Source: Eledone cirrhosa
Lineage: Eukaryota
Length of the DNA: 64,000 nt
Direction: 5' to 3'
NCBI GenBank assembly: GCA_964016885.1
Contig: OZ024765.1
Coordinates: forward strand, 18,104,001 to 18,168,000
Shown: positions 44,122-60,964 of the stretch, in pieces
Numbering within the stretch: position 1 is the first letter of the stretch
How the letters are laid out: the number at the start of each line of letters is the position of its first letter
The notes under the pieces: generated by a model
The model's database searches: none
What the model saw: only the letters and a program-made list of their open reading frames with translations
What the model was told of the DNA's origin: nothing
Position numbers and translations under genes: made by a program

Positions 44122-44697
44122 TTCGTTTCTGAATTTGTTTAGCAAGATTCTTTATCTGAAATCGTGTGTTGAAACCGATATTGTTATACTTTGGGAGGGT
44201 CATGTTGCCAATAAGAAACACACGCACCAGTTGCTTTCACTTCAATTTAATTTATTATATATTTATAAATTTACAAATTTATAAATTTCTGGTTGGTTGG
44301 TTGGTTCCACAACCAGATAGTTGTTTATATATATATAGTCATAGTTCTTTCGTCACACACTCTGTGACCTCTTCAGTGACTGGGGATTTCTTTCTTCGCT
44401 TCTGTGCCTTTCCTTTCTTCTATCCTACGCCATTTTGTGATAGAAGAAAGGAAAGATAGAAGAAAGGAAAGGCACAGAAGCGAAGAAAGAAATCCCCAGT
44501 CACTGAAGAGGTCACAGAGTGTGTGACGAAAGAACTATGACTATATATATATAAACAACTATCTGGTTGTGGAACCAACCAACCAACCAGAAATTTATAA
44601 ATTTGTAAATTTATAAATATATAATAAATTAAATTGAAGTGAAAGCAACTGGTGCGTGTGTTTCTTATTGGCAACATGACCCTCCCAAAGTATAACA

Positions 44698-44700
<3 letters not shown>
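44120..44700. mobile_element. family H fold-back palindrome with hammerheads at 44338-44380(-) and 44499-44541(+)
   Basis: ~245-bp reverse-complement arms; 16-bp duplication at the junction; (TA)n flanks. Confidence 0.85.
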
Positions 44701-44733
<33 letters not shown>

Positions 44734-44772
44734 GTATGTATATAAATATATATATATGTATATATATGTATA

Positions 44773-44865
<93 letters not shown>

Positions 44866-44866
44866 T

Positions 44867-44934
<68 letters not shown>

Positions 44935-44991
44935 AATCATACACACCCGTGTATATTTATCTATCTATATATATACATATATATATATATC

Positions 44992-45023
<32 letters not shown>

Positions 45024-45110
45024 CACATATATTTATATATACAAACATATGTATATATAAGTATATATTACACAAAGAGAAATGTGTTACACAGTGAGAA
45101 ATATATATAT

Positions 45111-46649
<1,539 letters not shown>

Positions 46650-46655
46650 TATATA

Positions 46656-46756
46656 CAGTGAGATTCCGTTATAACGAAATTCATGCGGTACAAACAGAAA
46701 TTTCCTGTAATGAAAAATTCTTTATAACGAGATCGACCGAAACATTCGTTATAACG
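46656..46756 (+). mobile_element. possible pogo/Tigger-type MITE end
   Basis: TA-CAGTGagattcCGTTATAACGaa with an internal repeated ttataacg; no partner TIR seen. Confidence 0.4.
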
Positions 46757-47080
46757 TACACACACACACACACACACACACATACACACATATGAACTAG
46801 TTTCTAGCTTATTAGCTATCATCAGCACCGTATACCTTCCTGTCAGTCGATTGAACGTTTCATCGTTCCTTTCTCAGTGTTGAACAAAAGGGCAACGATG
46901 GTTGCCGAACACTGTGCGGCTTAATACGGCTGTTTATTTACAAACAAACCGAACATTATAATAAATGTTCGGTAAACCCATACGTACATATATATATATG
47001 TGTGTCTATGTATGTATGTATTTATGTATATATACTTACTACTGTACATCTGTATATATATATGTACGTACATATACATA

Positions 47081-47124
<44 letters not shown>

Positions 47125-47145
47125 CATACATATACACATATATAT

Positions 47146-47188
<43 letters not shown>

Positions 47189-47316
47189 TATATATATACA
47201 TACATATATATACACACACACACATTTATATATATATATATATATATTATATTATATTTAGAGTTTAAACTCAAAGTCATTTACAATTAATCAGACAGAA
47301 GCATTTCCGAGCAGTG

Positions 47317-47564
47317 AAATACAAGTTAATATATATTAATATATGATAAACACATACGTGTTTGTATTGTAAGAGACAAAGTTAGCTAGAATGAAATAAA
47401 CTAATTAAAATGAATACAATTTGTCTGTCTCGATATAAGTCAATAAAGACAAGCTTATATTGGCGAAAGCCGTGATTCCTGGACAAATTTAAATTTCAAA
47501 ATCCAAACCTGCTCCGTAGATGAATTTGAACTTCGAAACCTAAATATGTTTCGCAACGATGGTA
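47317..47564 (+). repeat. ~245-bp dispersed repeat, copy 2
   Basis: direct copy of 34586-34829. Confidence 0.85.
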
Positions 47565-47812
47565 TAAAAATTGAAATATAAAAAAATTGAAATATACAAA
47601 GGGAAATATTCAAATCTTCTGTGCTTATCAACAGGAATCCAGTAAAATTAGTACATTTCACCTCCAAAAATGTTGCAAGACTGATTCACACGTGGTATAA
47701 CCAGCTATACTAGCCATCCCATACTCCCGGTGCTAGAAATAACAGCCGTTTATATGGGATTAAAAATTAGCTCTACAGTTAAGGAGCAATAACTTGTATA
47801 TATATATATATA

Positions 47813-48115
47813 TATTAATTCAAAATATTAATAAATATAGACATTCATGTAATCAAATATATTTTATTATATATATTTCGGAGATTCAATTCCAGTCTTG
47901 GACTGCCAAGACTGGAATTGGAGATTCAATTCCAGTCTTGGACTGCCAAGACTGGAATTGAACCATCAGGACAGTTGAGCTATGTCATACATCCATTTAT
48001 ATATTTCATCTGATGAGGACGTACTGAGGAAACAGCACAGTACCTCCGAAATATATATAATAGAATATATTTGATTACATGAATGTCTATATTTATTAAT
48101 ATTTTGAAGTAATAT
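47813..48115 (+). mobile_element. family J PLE derivative with ~70-bp inverted termini
   Basis: 47813-47884 mirrored at 48044-48115; 40-bp hairpin unit duplicated at 47881-47960. Confidence 0.8.
48004..48065 (+). ncRNA. minimal hammerhead ribozyme (family J)
   Basis: tttcat-CTGATGA-ggacgtactg...cagtacctcc-GAAA-tatata-TA-atagaa. Confidence 0.7.
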
Positions 48116-48207
48116 TAATAACTCCAGAAAACTTTCGTGTTGAGTGCTTCTAATCTATTGTAAAACTATATTCATTGATTAATCAATGAACCTTGTTTAA
48201 CTTTTGG

Positions 48208-48372
<165 letters not shown>

Positions 48373-48478
48373 TTGAGGTTGGTAATGGCACATGGAATAT
48401 ATAAGAGAGAGACAGAATACTTTTTTGTGAAAAAACATAATTTTATAAGGTAAGGAAAGAATAAAGGGTATAAAAAAT

Positions 48479-48540
48479 AAAAATATGGAACGCTTCACGA
48501 ATTTGCGTGTCATCCTTGCGCAGGGGCATGCTAATCTCTC
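48479..48540 (-). pseudogene. U6: U6 snRNA 3' half (5'-truncated copy)
   Basis: Minus strand AGATTAGCATGCCCCTGCGCAAGGATGACACGCAAATTCGTGAAGCGTTCCATATTTTT is the metazoan U6 3' part with one G missing. Confidence 0.93.
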
Positions 48541-48556
48541 TCTCTCTCCCTCTCTC

Positions 48557-48589
<33 letters not shown>

Positions 48590-48724
48590 CAAAACTTTTA
48601 CCCTCCCACACACGGGTGAGTCTGTATACGTTTGTTTATTTTTTCATTCGAATCTCAATGTTTGAACGGATTTTCCTAATACATATGTACGTCTGTGTAT
48701 GTGTATGTGTATGTGTGTGTTTCT

Positions 48725-51700
48725 GTCTGTATATATCTGTATATGTCTATATATAGTTTTCTCTAGTATCTGTATATGTCTATATATAGTTTTCTCTAGT
48801 GTCTGTATATGTCTATATATAGTTTTCTCTAGTGTCTGTATATGTCTATATATAGATTTCTCTAGTGTCTGTGTATGTCTATATATAGTTTTCTCTAGTG
48901 TCTGTATATGTCTATATATAGTTTTCTCTAGTGTCTGTATATGTCTATATATAGTTTTTTCTAGTGTCTGTATATGTCTATATATAGTTTTCTCTAGTGT
49001 CTGTATATGTCTATATATAGTTTTCTCTAGTGTCTGTATATAGTTTTCTCTAGTGTCTGTATATGTCTATATATAGTTTTCTCTAGTATCTGTATATGTC
49101 TATATATAGTTTTCTCTAGTGTCTGTATATGTCTATATATAGTTTTCTCTAGTGTCTGTATATGTCTATATATAGTTTTCTCTAGTGTCTGTATATGTCT
49201 ATATATAGTTTTCTCTAGTGTCTGTATATCTATATATAGTTTTCTCTAGTGTCTGTATATGTCTATATATAGTTTTCTCTAGTGTCTGTATATGTCTATA
49301 TATAGTTTTCTCTAGTATCTGTATATGTCTATATATAGTTTTCTCTAGTGTCTGTATATGTCTATATATAGTTTTCTCTAGTGTCTGTATATGTCTATAT
49401 ATAGTTTTCTCTAGTGTCTGTATATGTCTATATATAGTTTTCTCTAGTGTCTGTATATAGTTTTCTCTAGTGTCTGTATATGTCTATATATAGTTTTCTC
49501 TAGTGTCTGTATATAGTTTTCTCTAGTGTCTGTATATGTCTATATATAGTTTTCTCTAGTGTCTGTATATAGTTTTCTCTAGTGTCTGTATATGTCTATA
49601 TATAGTTTTCTCTAGTGTCTGTATATGTCTATATATAGTTTTCTCTAGTGTCTGTATATGTCTATATATAGTTTTCTCTAGTGTCTGTATATGTCTATAT
49701 ATAGTTTTCTCTAGTGTCTGTATATGTCTATATATAGTTTTCTCTAGTGTCTGTATATGTCTATATATAGTTTTCTCTAGTGTCTGTATATGTCTATATA
49801 TAGTTTTCTCTAGTGTCTGTATATGTCTATATATAGTTTTCTCTAGTGTCTGTATATGTCTATATATAGTTTTCTCTAGTGTCTGTATATGTCTATATAT
49901 AGTTTTCTCTAGTGTCTGTATATGTCTATATATAGTTTTCTCTAGTGTCTGTATATGTCTATATATAGTTTTCTCTAGTGTCTGTATGTCTATATATATA
50001 GATTTCTCTAGTGTCTGTATATGTCTATATATAGTTTTCTCTAGTGTCTGTATATGTCTATATATAGTTTTCTCTAGTGTCTGTATGTCTATATATATAG
50101 TTTTCTCTAGTGTCTGTATATGTCTATATATAGTTTTCTCTAGTGTCTGTATATGTCTATGTATAGTTTTCTCTAGTGTCTGTATATGTCTACATATAGT
50201 TATCTCTAGTGTCTGTATATGTCTATATATAGTTTTCTCTAGTGTCTGTATATGTCTATATATAGTTTTCTCTAGTGTCTGTATGTCTATATATAGTTTT
50301 CTCTAGTATCTGTATATGTCTATATATAGTTTTCTCTAGTGTCTGTATATCTATATATAGTTTTCTCTAGTGTCTGTATGTCTATATATAGTTTTCTCTA
50401 GTGTATCTATATGTCTATATATAGTTTTCTCTAGTGTATGTATATGTCTATATATAGTTTTCTCTAGTGTCTGTATATGTCTATTTATAGTTTTCTCTAG
50501 TGTCTGTATATGTCTATATATAGTTTTCTCTAGTGTCTGTATATGTCTATATATAGTTTTCTCTAGTGTCTGTATATGTCTATTTATAGTTTTCTCTAGT
50601 GTCTGTATATGTCTATATATAGTTTTCTCTAGTGTCTGTATATGTCTATTTATAGTTTTCTCTAGTGTCTGTATATGTCTATATATAGTTTTCTCTAGTG
50701 TCTGTATATGTCTATATATAGTTTTCTCTAGTGTCTGTATATGTCTATATATAGTTTTCTCTAGTGTCTGTATATGTCTATATATAGTTTTCTCTAGTGT
50801 CTGTATATGTCTATATATAGTTTTCTCTAGTGTCTGTATATGTCTATATATAGTTTTCTCTAGTGTCTGTATATGTCTATATATAGTTTTCTCTAGTATA
50901 TGTATATGTCTATATATAGTTTTCTCTAGTGTCTGTATGTCTATATATAGTTTTCTCTAGTGTCTGTATGTCTATATATAGTTTTCTCTAGTGTCTGTAT
51001 ATGTCTATATATAGTTTTCTCTAGTGTCTGTATGTCTATATATAGTTTTCTCTAGTGTCTGTATATGTCCATATATAGTTTTCTCTAGTGTCTGTATGTC
51101 TATATATAGTTTTCTCTAGTGTCTGTATATGTCTATATATAGTTTTCTCTAGTGTATGTATATGTCTATATATAGTTTTCTCTAGTGTCTGTATATGTCT
51201 ATATATAGTTTTCTCTAGTGTCTGTATATGTCTATATATAGTTTTCTCTAGTGTCTGTATATGTCCATATATAGTTTTCTCTAGTGTCTGTATATCTATA
51301 TATAGTTTTCTCTAGTGTCTGTATATGTCTATATATAGTTTTCTCTAGTATCTGTATATGTCTATATATAGTTTTCTCTTGTGTCTGTATATGTCTATAT
51401 ATAGTTTTCTCTAGTGTCTGTATATGTCTATATATAGTTTTCTCTAGTATCTGTATATGTCTATATATAGTTTTCTCTAGTGTCTGTATATGTCTATATA
51501 TAGTTTTCTCTAGTGTCTGAATGTCTATATATAGTTTTCTCTAGTGTCTGTATATCTATATATAGTTTTCTCTAGTGTCTGTATGTCTATATATAGTTTT
51601 CTCTAGTGTCTGTATATGTCTATATATAGTTTTCTCTAGTGTCTGTATGTCTATATATAGTTTTCTCTAGTGTCTGTATGTCTATATATAGTTTTCTCTA

Positions 51701-54700
51701 GTGTCTGTATATCTATATATAGTTTTCTCTAGTGTCTGTATATGTCTATATATAGTTTTCTCTAGTGTCTGTATGTCTATATATAGTTTTCTCTAGTGTC
51801 TGTATATGTCCATATATAGTTTTCTCTAGTGTCTGTATGTCTATATATAGTTTTCTCTAGTGTCTGTATATGTCCATATATAGTTTTCTCTAGTGTCTGT
51901 ATATGTCTATATATAGTTTTCTCTAGTGTCTGTATATGTCTATATATAGTTTTCTCTAGTGTCTGTATATGTCTATATATAGTTTTCTCTAGTGTCTGTA
52001 TATCTATATATAGTTTTCTCTAGTGTCTGTATATGTCTATATATAGTTTTCTCTAGTGTCTGTATATGTCTATATATAGTTTTCTCTAGTGTCTGTATAT
52101 GTCTATATATAGTTTTCTCTAGTGTATGTATATGTTTATATATAGTTTTCTCTAGTGTCTGTATATGTCTATATATAGTTTTCTCTAGTGTCTGTATATG
52201 TCTATATATAGTTTTCTCTAGTATCTGTATATGTCTATATATAGTTTTCTCTCGTGTCTGTATATGTCTATATATAGTTTTCTCTAGTGTCTGAATATCT
52301 ATATATAGTTTTCTCTAGTGTCTGTATATCTATATATAGTTTTCTCTAGTGTCTGAATATCTATATATAGTTTTCTCTAGTGTCTGTATGTCTATATATA
52401 GATTTCTCTAGTGTCTGTATGTCTATATATAGTTTTCTCTAGTGTCTGTATGTCTATATATAGATTTCTCTAGTGTCTGTATATGTCGATATATAGTTTT
52501 CTCTAGTGTCTGTATATGTCTATATATAGTTTTCTCTAGTGTCTGTATATGTCTATATATAGTTTTCTCTAGTGTCTGTATGTCTATATATAGTTTTCTC
52601 TAGTATCTATATATGTCTATATATAGTTTGCTCTAGTGTCTGTATATGTCTATATATAGATTTCTCTAGTGTCTGTATATGTCTATATATAGTTTTCTCT
52701 AGTGTCTGTATATCTATATATAGTTTTCTCTAGTATCTATATATGTCTATATATAGTTTTCTCTAGTGTCTGTATATGTCTATATATAGTTTTCTCTAGT
52801 GTCTGTATGTCTATATATAGATTTCTCTAGTGTCTGTATATGTCTATATATAGTTTTCTCTAGTATCTGTATATGTCTATATATAGTTTTTTCTAGTGTC
52901 TGTATATGTGTATATATAGTTTTCTCTAGTGTCTGTATATGTCTATATATAGTTTTCTCTAGTGTCTGTATATGTCTATATATAGTTTTCTCTAGTGTCT
53001 GTATGTCTATATATAGTTTCTCTAGTGTCTGTATATGTCTATATATAGTTTTCTCTAGTGTCTGTATATGTCTATATATAGTTTTCTCTAGTGTCTGTAT
53101 ATGTCTATATATAGTTTTCTCTAGTGTCTGTATATGTCTATATATAGTTTTCTCTAGTGTCTGTATGTCTATATATAGTTTTCTCTAGTGTCTGTATGTC
53201 TATATATAGTTTTCTCTAGTGTCTGTATATGTCTATATATAGTTTTCTCTAGTGTCTGTATATCTATATATAGTTTTCTCTAGTGTCTGTATGTCTATAT
53301 ATAGTTTTCTCTAGTGTCTGTATATGTCTATATATAGTTTTCTCTAGTGTCTGTATGTCTATATATAGTTTTCTCTAGTGTCTGTATGTCTATATATAGT
53401 TTTCTCTAGTGTCTGTATATGTCTATATATAGTTTTCTCTAGTGTCTGTATGTCTATATATAGTTTTCTCTAGTGTCTGTATGTCTATATATAGATTTCT
53501 CTAGTGTCTGTATATTTCTATATATAGTTTTCTCTAGTGTCTGTATATGTCTATATATAGTTTTCTCTAGTATCTGTATATGTCTATATATAGTTTTCTC
53601 TAGTGTCTGTATATCTATATATAGTTTTCTCTAGTGTCTGTATGTCTATATATAGTTTTCTCTAGTGTCTGTATATGTCTATATATAGTTTTCTATAGTG
53701 TCTGTATATGTCTATATATAGTTTTCTCTAGTGTCTGTATGTCTATATATAGTTTTCTCTAGTGTCTGTATGTCTATATATAGTTTTCTCTAGTGTCTGT
53801 ATGTCTATATATAGTTTTCTCTAGTGTCTGTATATGTCTATATATAGTTTTCTCTAGTGTCTGTATATGTCTATATATAGTTTTCTCTAGTGTATGTATA
53901 TGTCTATATATAGTTTTCTCTAGTGTCTGTATATGTCTATATATAGTTTTCTCTAGTGCCTGTATATGTCTATATATAGTTTTCTCTAGTGTCTGTATGT
54001 CTATATATAGATTTCTCTAGTGTCTGTATATGTCTATATATAGTTTTCTCTAGTATCTGTATATGTCTATATATAGTTTTCTCTAGTGTCTGTATGTCTA
54101 TATATAGTTTTCTCTAGTGTCTGTATGTCTATATATAGTTTTCTCTGGTGTCTGTATATGTCTATATATAGTTTTCTCTAGTGTCTGTATGTCTATATAT
54201 AGTTTTCTCTAGTGTCTGTATATGTCTATATATAGTTTTCTCTAGTGTCTGTATATCTATATATAGTTTTCTCTAGTGTCTGTATATGTCTATATATAGT
54301 TTTCTCTAGTGTCTATATATGTCTATATATAGTTTTCTCTCGTGTCTGTATATGTCTATATATAGTTTTCTCTAGTGTCTGTATATGTCTATATATAGTT
54401 TTCTTTCGTGTCTGTATATGTCTATATATAGTTTTCTCTAGTGTCTGTATATGTCTATATATAGTTTTCTCTAGTGTCTATATATGTCTATATATAGTTT
54501 TCTCTCGTGTCTGTATATGTCTATATATAGTTTTCTCTCGTGTCTGTATATGTCTATATATAGTTTTCTCTAGTGTCTGTATATGTCTATATATAGTTTT
54601 CTCTCGTGTCTGTATATGTCTATATATAGTTTTCTCTAGTGTCTGTATATGTCTATATATAGTTTTCTCTAGTGTCTGTATATGTCTATATATAGTTTTC

Positions 54701-55100
54701 TCTAGTGTCTGTATATGTCTATATATAGTTTTCTCTAGTGTCTGTATATGTCTATATATAGTTTTCTCTCGTGTCTGTATATGTCTATATATAGTTTTCT
54801 CTCGTGTCTGTATATGTCTATATATAGTTTTCTCTAGTGTCTGTATATGTCTATATATAGTTTTCTCTCGTGTCTGTATATGTCTATATATAGTTTTCTC
54901 TCGTGTCTGTATATGTCTATATATAGTTTTCTCTAGTGTCTGTATATGTCTATATATAGTTTTCTCTAGTGTCTGTATATGTCTATATATAGTTTTCTCT
55001 AGTGTCTGTATATGTCTATATATAGTTTTCTCTAGTGTCTGTATATGTCTATATATAGTTTTCTCTACTGTCTGTATATGTCTATATATAGATTTCTCTA
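48725..55100. repeat. 33-bp minisatellite array (~195 units)
   Basis: unit gtctgtatatgtctatatatagttttctctagt with 31-bp and 21-bp variants; degenerates into TG-rich units up to ~55540. Confidence 0.97.
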
Positions 55101-56252
55101 GCGGCTGTATGTGTATGTATACTCTTTTCTAGCGGCTATGTGTGTCTATATATAGTTTTCTTTAACGGTTGTGTGTGTATGTGTAGGTTTCTTTAGCAGT
55201 TGTATGTATCTGTGTATAGTGTTCTTTAGCGGATGTGTGTGTAGTATACTTTACCGGCTGTGTGTGTATGTGTAGGTTTCTTTAACAGATTTGTATGTGT
55301 GTGTATAGTGTTTTTTGTCGGTGTGTGTGTGTGTGTAGTGTGCTTTACCAGCTGTGTGTGTTTGTGTAGGTTTCTTTAACAGACTTGTGTGTGTGTGTGT
55401 GTGTAGTGTGCTTTACCAGCTGTGTGTGTTTGTGTAGGTTTCTTTAACAGACTTGTGTGTGTGTGTGTAGTGTGCTTTACCAGCTGTGTGTGTTTGTGTA
55501 GGTTTCTTTAACAGACTTGTGTGTCTGTGTATAGTGTTAGCGGCTGTGTGTGCTTTTGTATGTTTCCGTCCGTGACTATGTGGGTTTGTGTAAGATTTTT
55601 TAGTTTTTTATCCTTTTATTATTATCTTAGTTTTTTGTTTTTTTTGTGTTGGAGCAGTCGGCTGTTGTCAGGAGACAAGAAGTCGGTTGACTTACAGATA
55701 AATTCCATTGTCAGGAATCTCTGCAAACCAACATTAGAATTCTCCGGAAAATCTTCAGAACAACTACCAATATGAGATATTGATTTGTGTCTGAAATTGC
55801 GTCACCACACACAAATAAGGATTTCGAAAATTTATTAATAAAAAAGGAGCGCCCTCTACACACACACATACACATACGAATTTTCACACGCTCTGTGGGG
55901 GTGTGCGAGTGTATAGGCATAAATGCATGCTTACAAATGTGTGTATGAATGCAATAAGTTGTATATCGTAAGATTCATTAATCTTTTAACCATACATACA
56001 CTCCCACACATAATTATATTTGCGTGTATGTGTGTATGTGTGTATGTGTGTATGTGTGTATGTGTGCTGAAATAGGTATATATATTATACGTTTATGTTG
56101 ATAAATATTGAATATATATAATTGAATGTATACATGTATGTATATATGTATGTGTATATATATATATATATATGTGTATATATATATATATGTATATATA
56201 TACACGCACACACAATTTATGTATACATATATGTATTGCATTTATATATGTA

Positions 56253-56324
<72 letters not shown>

Positions 56325-56390
56325 TATAGATAGGTAAATATACATGGGTGTGTATGATTGTGTATAGAAGATTATATTAATAAGAGGAAT

Positions 56391-56442
<52 letters not shown>

Positions 56443-56747
56443 TATATATATATATATGATATATATAATCCCCCATGTTATATCAATGATATTATATATA
56501 ATATAGTATTTAAATATTTCTATATATTATCATATAATATTTACCGTGTTTATTACTTCGTATTCATATTACTTGTTTCAATCAGTAGGTTGGGACCAGG
56601 CTGGAGCATCGCTATATTGTATTACATATATATTATATTTATTCAAATTGTTTGATGTGATATTTGTAATGAAATAACTTTACAAGCGATAAAACTGTCA
56701 TAATATAATGGATGTTTTGCAATATATATATATATATATATATTGAG

Positions 56748-56929
<182 letters not shown>

Positions 56930-56985
56930 TGTATGTATATATATATATGTATGTATATATATATATATATGTGTATATATATATG

Positions 56986-57034
<49 letters not shown>

Positions 57035-57083
57035 ATATATATATGTATGTATATATATATATATATATGTGTATATATATATG

Positions 57084-57132
<49 letters not shown>

Positions 57133-57145
57133 GTATATATATATG

Positions 57146-57212
<67 letters not shown>

Positions 57213-57215
57213 TTG

Positions 57216-57246
<31 letters not shown>

Positions 57247-57253
57247 GTATATA

Positions 57254-57324
<71 letters not shown>

Positions 57325-57375
57325 TTGTATATATATATATATGTATATATATGTATATATTTATATATATGTATT

Positions 57376-57424
<49 letters not shown>

Positions 57425-57507
57425 AATGTATTTATAATATATAAATACATATATAATATATAGATATATATTATATATAATATATAATATATAATCAATG
57501 TGGAAGT

Positions 57508-57688
57508 GAATTGGCAGTATCGATAGAGGGTCGGACGCCATACTTTCCAGTATAGTTAAGTCCATTTACGGTCTGAGTTCAAATCCCGCAGAGGTTCACT
57601 TTGCTTTTCTTCCTTACGGTGTCAATAAATAAAGTACCAGTAATGCACTGGGTTATTGCTGGCCTTGTAGCAAAAAGTAGAAATAATT
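57508..57688 (+). mobile_element. SINE family A (diverged)
   Basis: ttggcagtatcg...gagttcaaatccc...ggccttgtagcaaaaagtagaaa. Confidence 0.8.
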
Positions 57689-57802
57689 ATATATAATATA
57701 TAATACTTGCATTTATAAAATATGTAAATAAATCTATAATATAAATACACATAATATTTTTGAATTTTTAATATATAGGTATATATATATATATAAAAAA
57801 AA

Positions 57803-57839
<37 letters not shown>

Positions 57840-57940
57840 ATATATATAAATATATATATATATATTTATATATATATATATGAATATATATATATATTTA
57901 TATATATATATATATATGAATATATATATATATATTTATA

Positions 57941-57974
<34 letters not shown>

Positions 57975-58022
57975 TATATATATTCATATATATATATATA
58001 TATGAATATATATATATATATA

Positions 58023-58078
<56 letters not shown>

Positions 58079-58102
58079 TATATCTATATATATATATATA
58101 TA

Positions 58103-58149
<47 letters not shown>

Positions 58150-58185
58150 GTATATATATACCTATATATACATATATATATATAC

Positions 58186-58216
<31 letters not shown>

Positions 58217-58283
58217 CATATATATCTGTGTCTATATATACACACACATATATATATATATTTATATATATATATATATATAC

Positions 58284-58314
<31 letters not shown>

Positions 58315-58355
58315 CATTCATATATATATATACATATATATATATATATTCATAT

Positions 58356-58392
<37 letters not shown>

Positions 58393-58543
58393 TACACACA
58401 TATATATACACATATATATATATATATATTTGTATGAAATGATCGATTACGTTACGTCTGTCAGTTTCCGCCGACGGATCATCACTGGTTCAACTTGTAT
58501 TGACTTCCATCCCTTTTCATTATATGGTTATTGAGACGAAGAT

Positions 58544-58614
<71 letters not shown>

Positions 58615-58759
58615 TTATATATGTATGTTTTTTTTATTTTTATTTTTATTATGCTTTTATATTTATTTTCACTTGTACCGTTTCCTCTCACCACCCTTTT
58701 TTCTAAATGTCTCTCCCCCACTCCCCCACACACACCATTGGAACTCTCTTCCCACACAC

Positions 58760-58891
58760 TTTTCGCCTGAAGAAGGGCTTCTGTCCGAAACGTCGTTCCC
58801 CACCACCACCACCCCCCACCCCACTCTCAAGAGCGTGAAACTAATAAACCTTTGTTCGTACTGCCTCTCTGTTTTGCTCCCGTTCCATTTT

Positions 58892-58897
<6 letters not shown>
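58760..58897 (+). mobile_element. PLE 3' end with a hammerhead-like core (family D-like)
   Basis: CTGAAGA-agggcttctgtcc-GAAA-cg-TC at 58767-58794, stem I poor; ends in (TA)n. Confidence 0.5.
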
Positions 58898-58950
<53 letters not shown>

Positions 58951-58987
58951 ATGTATATATTTGTTTAAGTATATATTCATATACTTA

Positions 58988-59032
<45 letters not shown>

Positions 59033-59068
59033 AAGTCTATATACATATATATATATATAAATATATAA

Positions 59069-59139
<71 letters not shown>

Positions 59140-59155
59140 TATATATATATATATG

Positions 59156-59215
<60 letters not shown>

Positions 59216-59240
59216 TATATATATACATATATAAATGTTT

Positions 59241-59280
<40 letters not shown>

Positions 59281-59382
59281 ATATATGTGTGTGTATGTGT
59301 GTGTGTATGAATGAAGTAATTCCGTGGGAAAGATCCAGGAAATATATATATATACATATATACATATATAGTATATAAATAA

Positions 59383-59472
<90 letters not shown>

Positions 59473-59482
59473 ATATAGACTT

Positions 59483-59517
<35 letters not shown>

Positions 59518-59549
59518 TATACATATATAAGTATATGAATATTTACATA

Positions 59550-59650
<101 letters not shown>

Positions 59651-59781
59651 TAGTGTATATATGTGGTGTATGTTTGTGTGTATACATGACCACAGTCATT
59701 CTGTAAAGTAGTTGGTACTAACCTACTCAGGGCGATACAGCTTTGTGATCGTCACACAACATTCTATAAAAAGCGTAGGAG

Positions 59782-59845
<64 letters not shown>

Positions 59846-59996
59846 AGTGTGTGTGTGTATATATATATTTGTGTGTGTGTTTATGTGAGAATGTGTATGT
59901 ACAGCCTTACTATAAATATAGACTTAATATTGCATTCATAAATATATGTATATATATATATATATACATATTTATATATATATATATATATATACA

Positions 59997-60042
<46 letters not shown>

Positions 60043-60067
60043 CACACATTTATATATATATTTACAA

Positions 60068-60101
<34 letters not shown>

Positions 60102-60295
60102 CGGTGTGTATATTTGTGTACATGTATATGTATATATGTATTTATATGTGAGTGCTCAATGATGTGAGACATGAAGAAGAAGAAGAAGAAGAAGAAGGAG
60201 AAGAAGAAGAAGAAGAAGAAGATCAGCAACAACAGCATCAAGTCTAATATGATAAATAAAAAAACGGAAACAATTAATTATATATATATATATAT

Positions 60296-60510
<215 letters not shown>

Positions 60511-60964
60511 AAAGAAAAAAAATCATTGACTTAAACGTCGGTCAAAATGGCGGATCAAACATTTTCCCATCTCTTTTGGCTTTAGGTTTTTTCTTAGTTT
60601 TCGTGTATTTTTTTCTTTCTTTAGTTGTTTTGGTGTGTCATTCCTCTTTACGCTTTCTGAAAGCTACAACTGAAACCAACAACAACAACAACAACAACAA
60701 CAGCAACAACAACCACAATAACAACAAGTAATAAAGAAACAAATAAACATATAATGAACAACAACAACAAAACAAAACCAAAAAACATACCAAGCTCATT
60801 TTCGCAATCGTAATCGTAAATAATAAGTAAATGGACGATCTTTATTCATCGTCGCATTCATTGATGCTCAAAGTAATTCGATGGTGTTTCACGTCCCGTC
60901 AAAAATATATCAGATATAATATATAAGATAAAATATTATAAAATGAAGTAAAATGAACTGAAGC

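Noticed and set aside
48699-55132. VCICLYIVFSS repeat ORFs as a membrane protein
   Set aside because: Translation of the 33-bp array with frequent frame-breaking 31-bp units.
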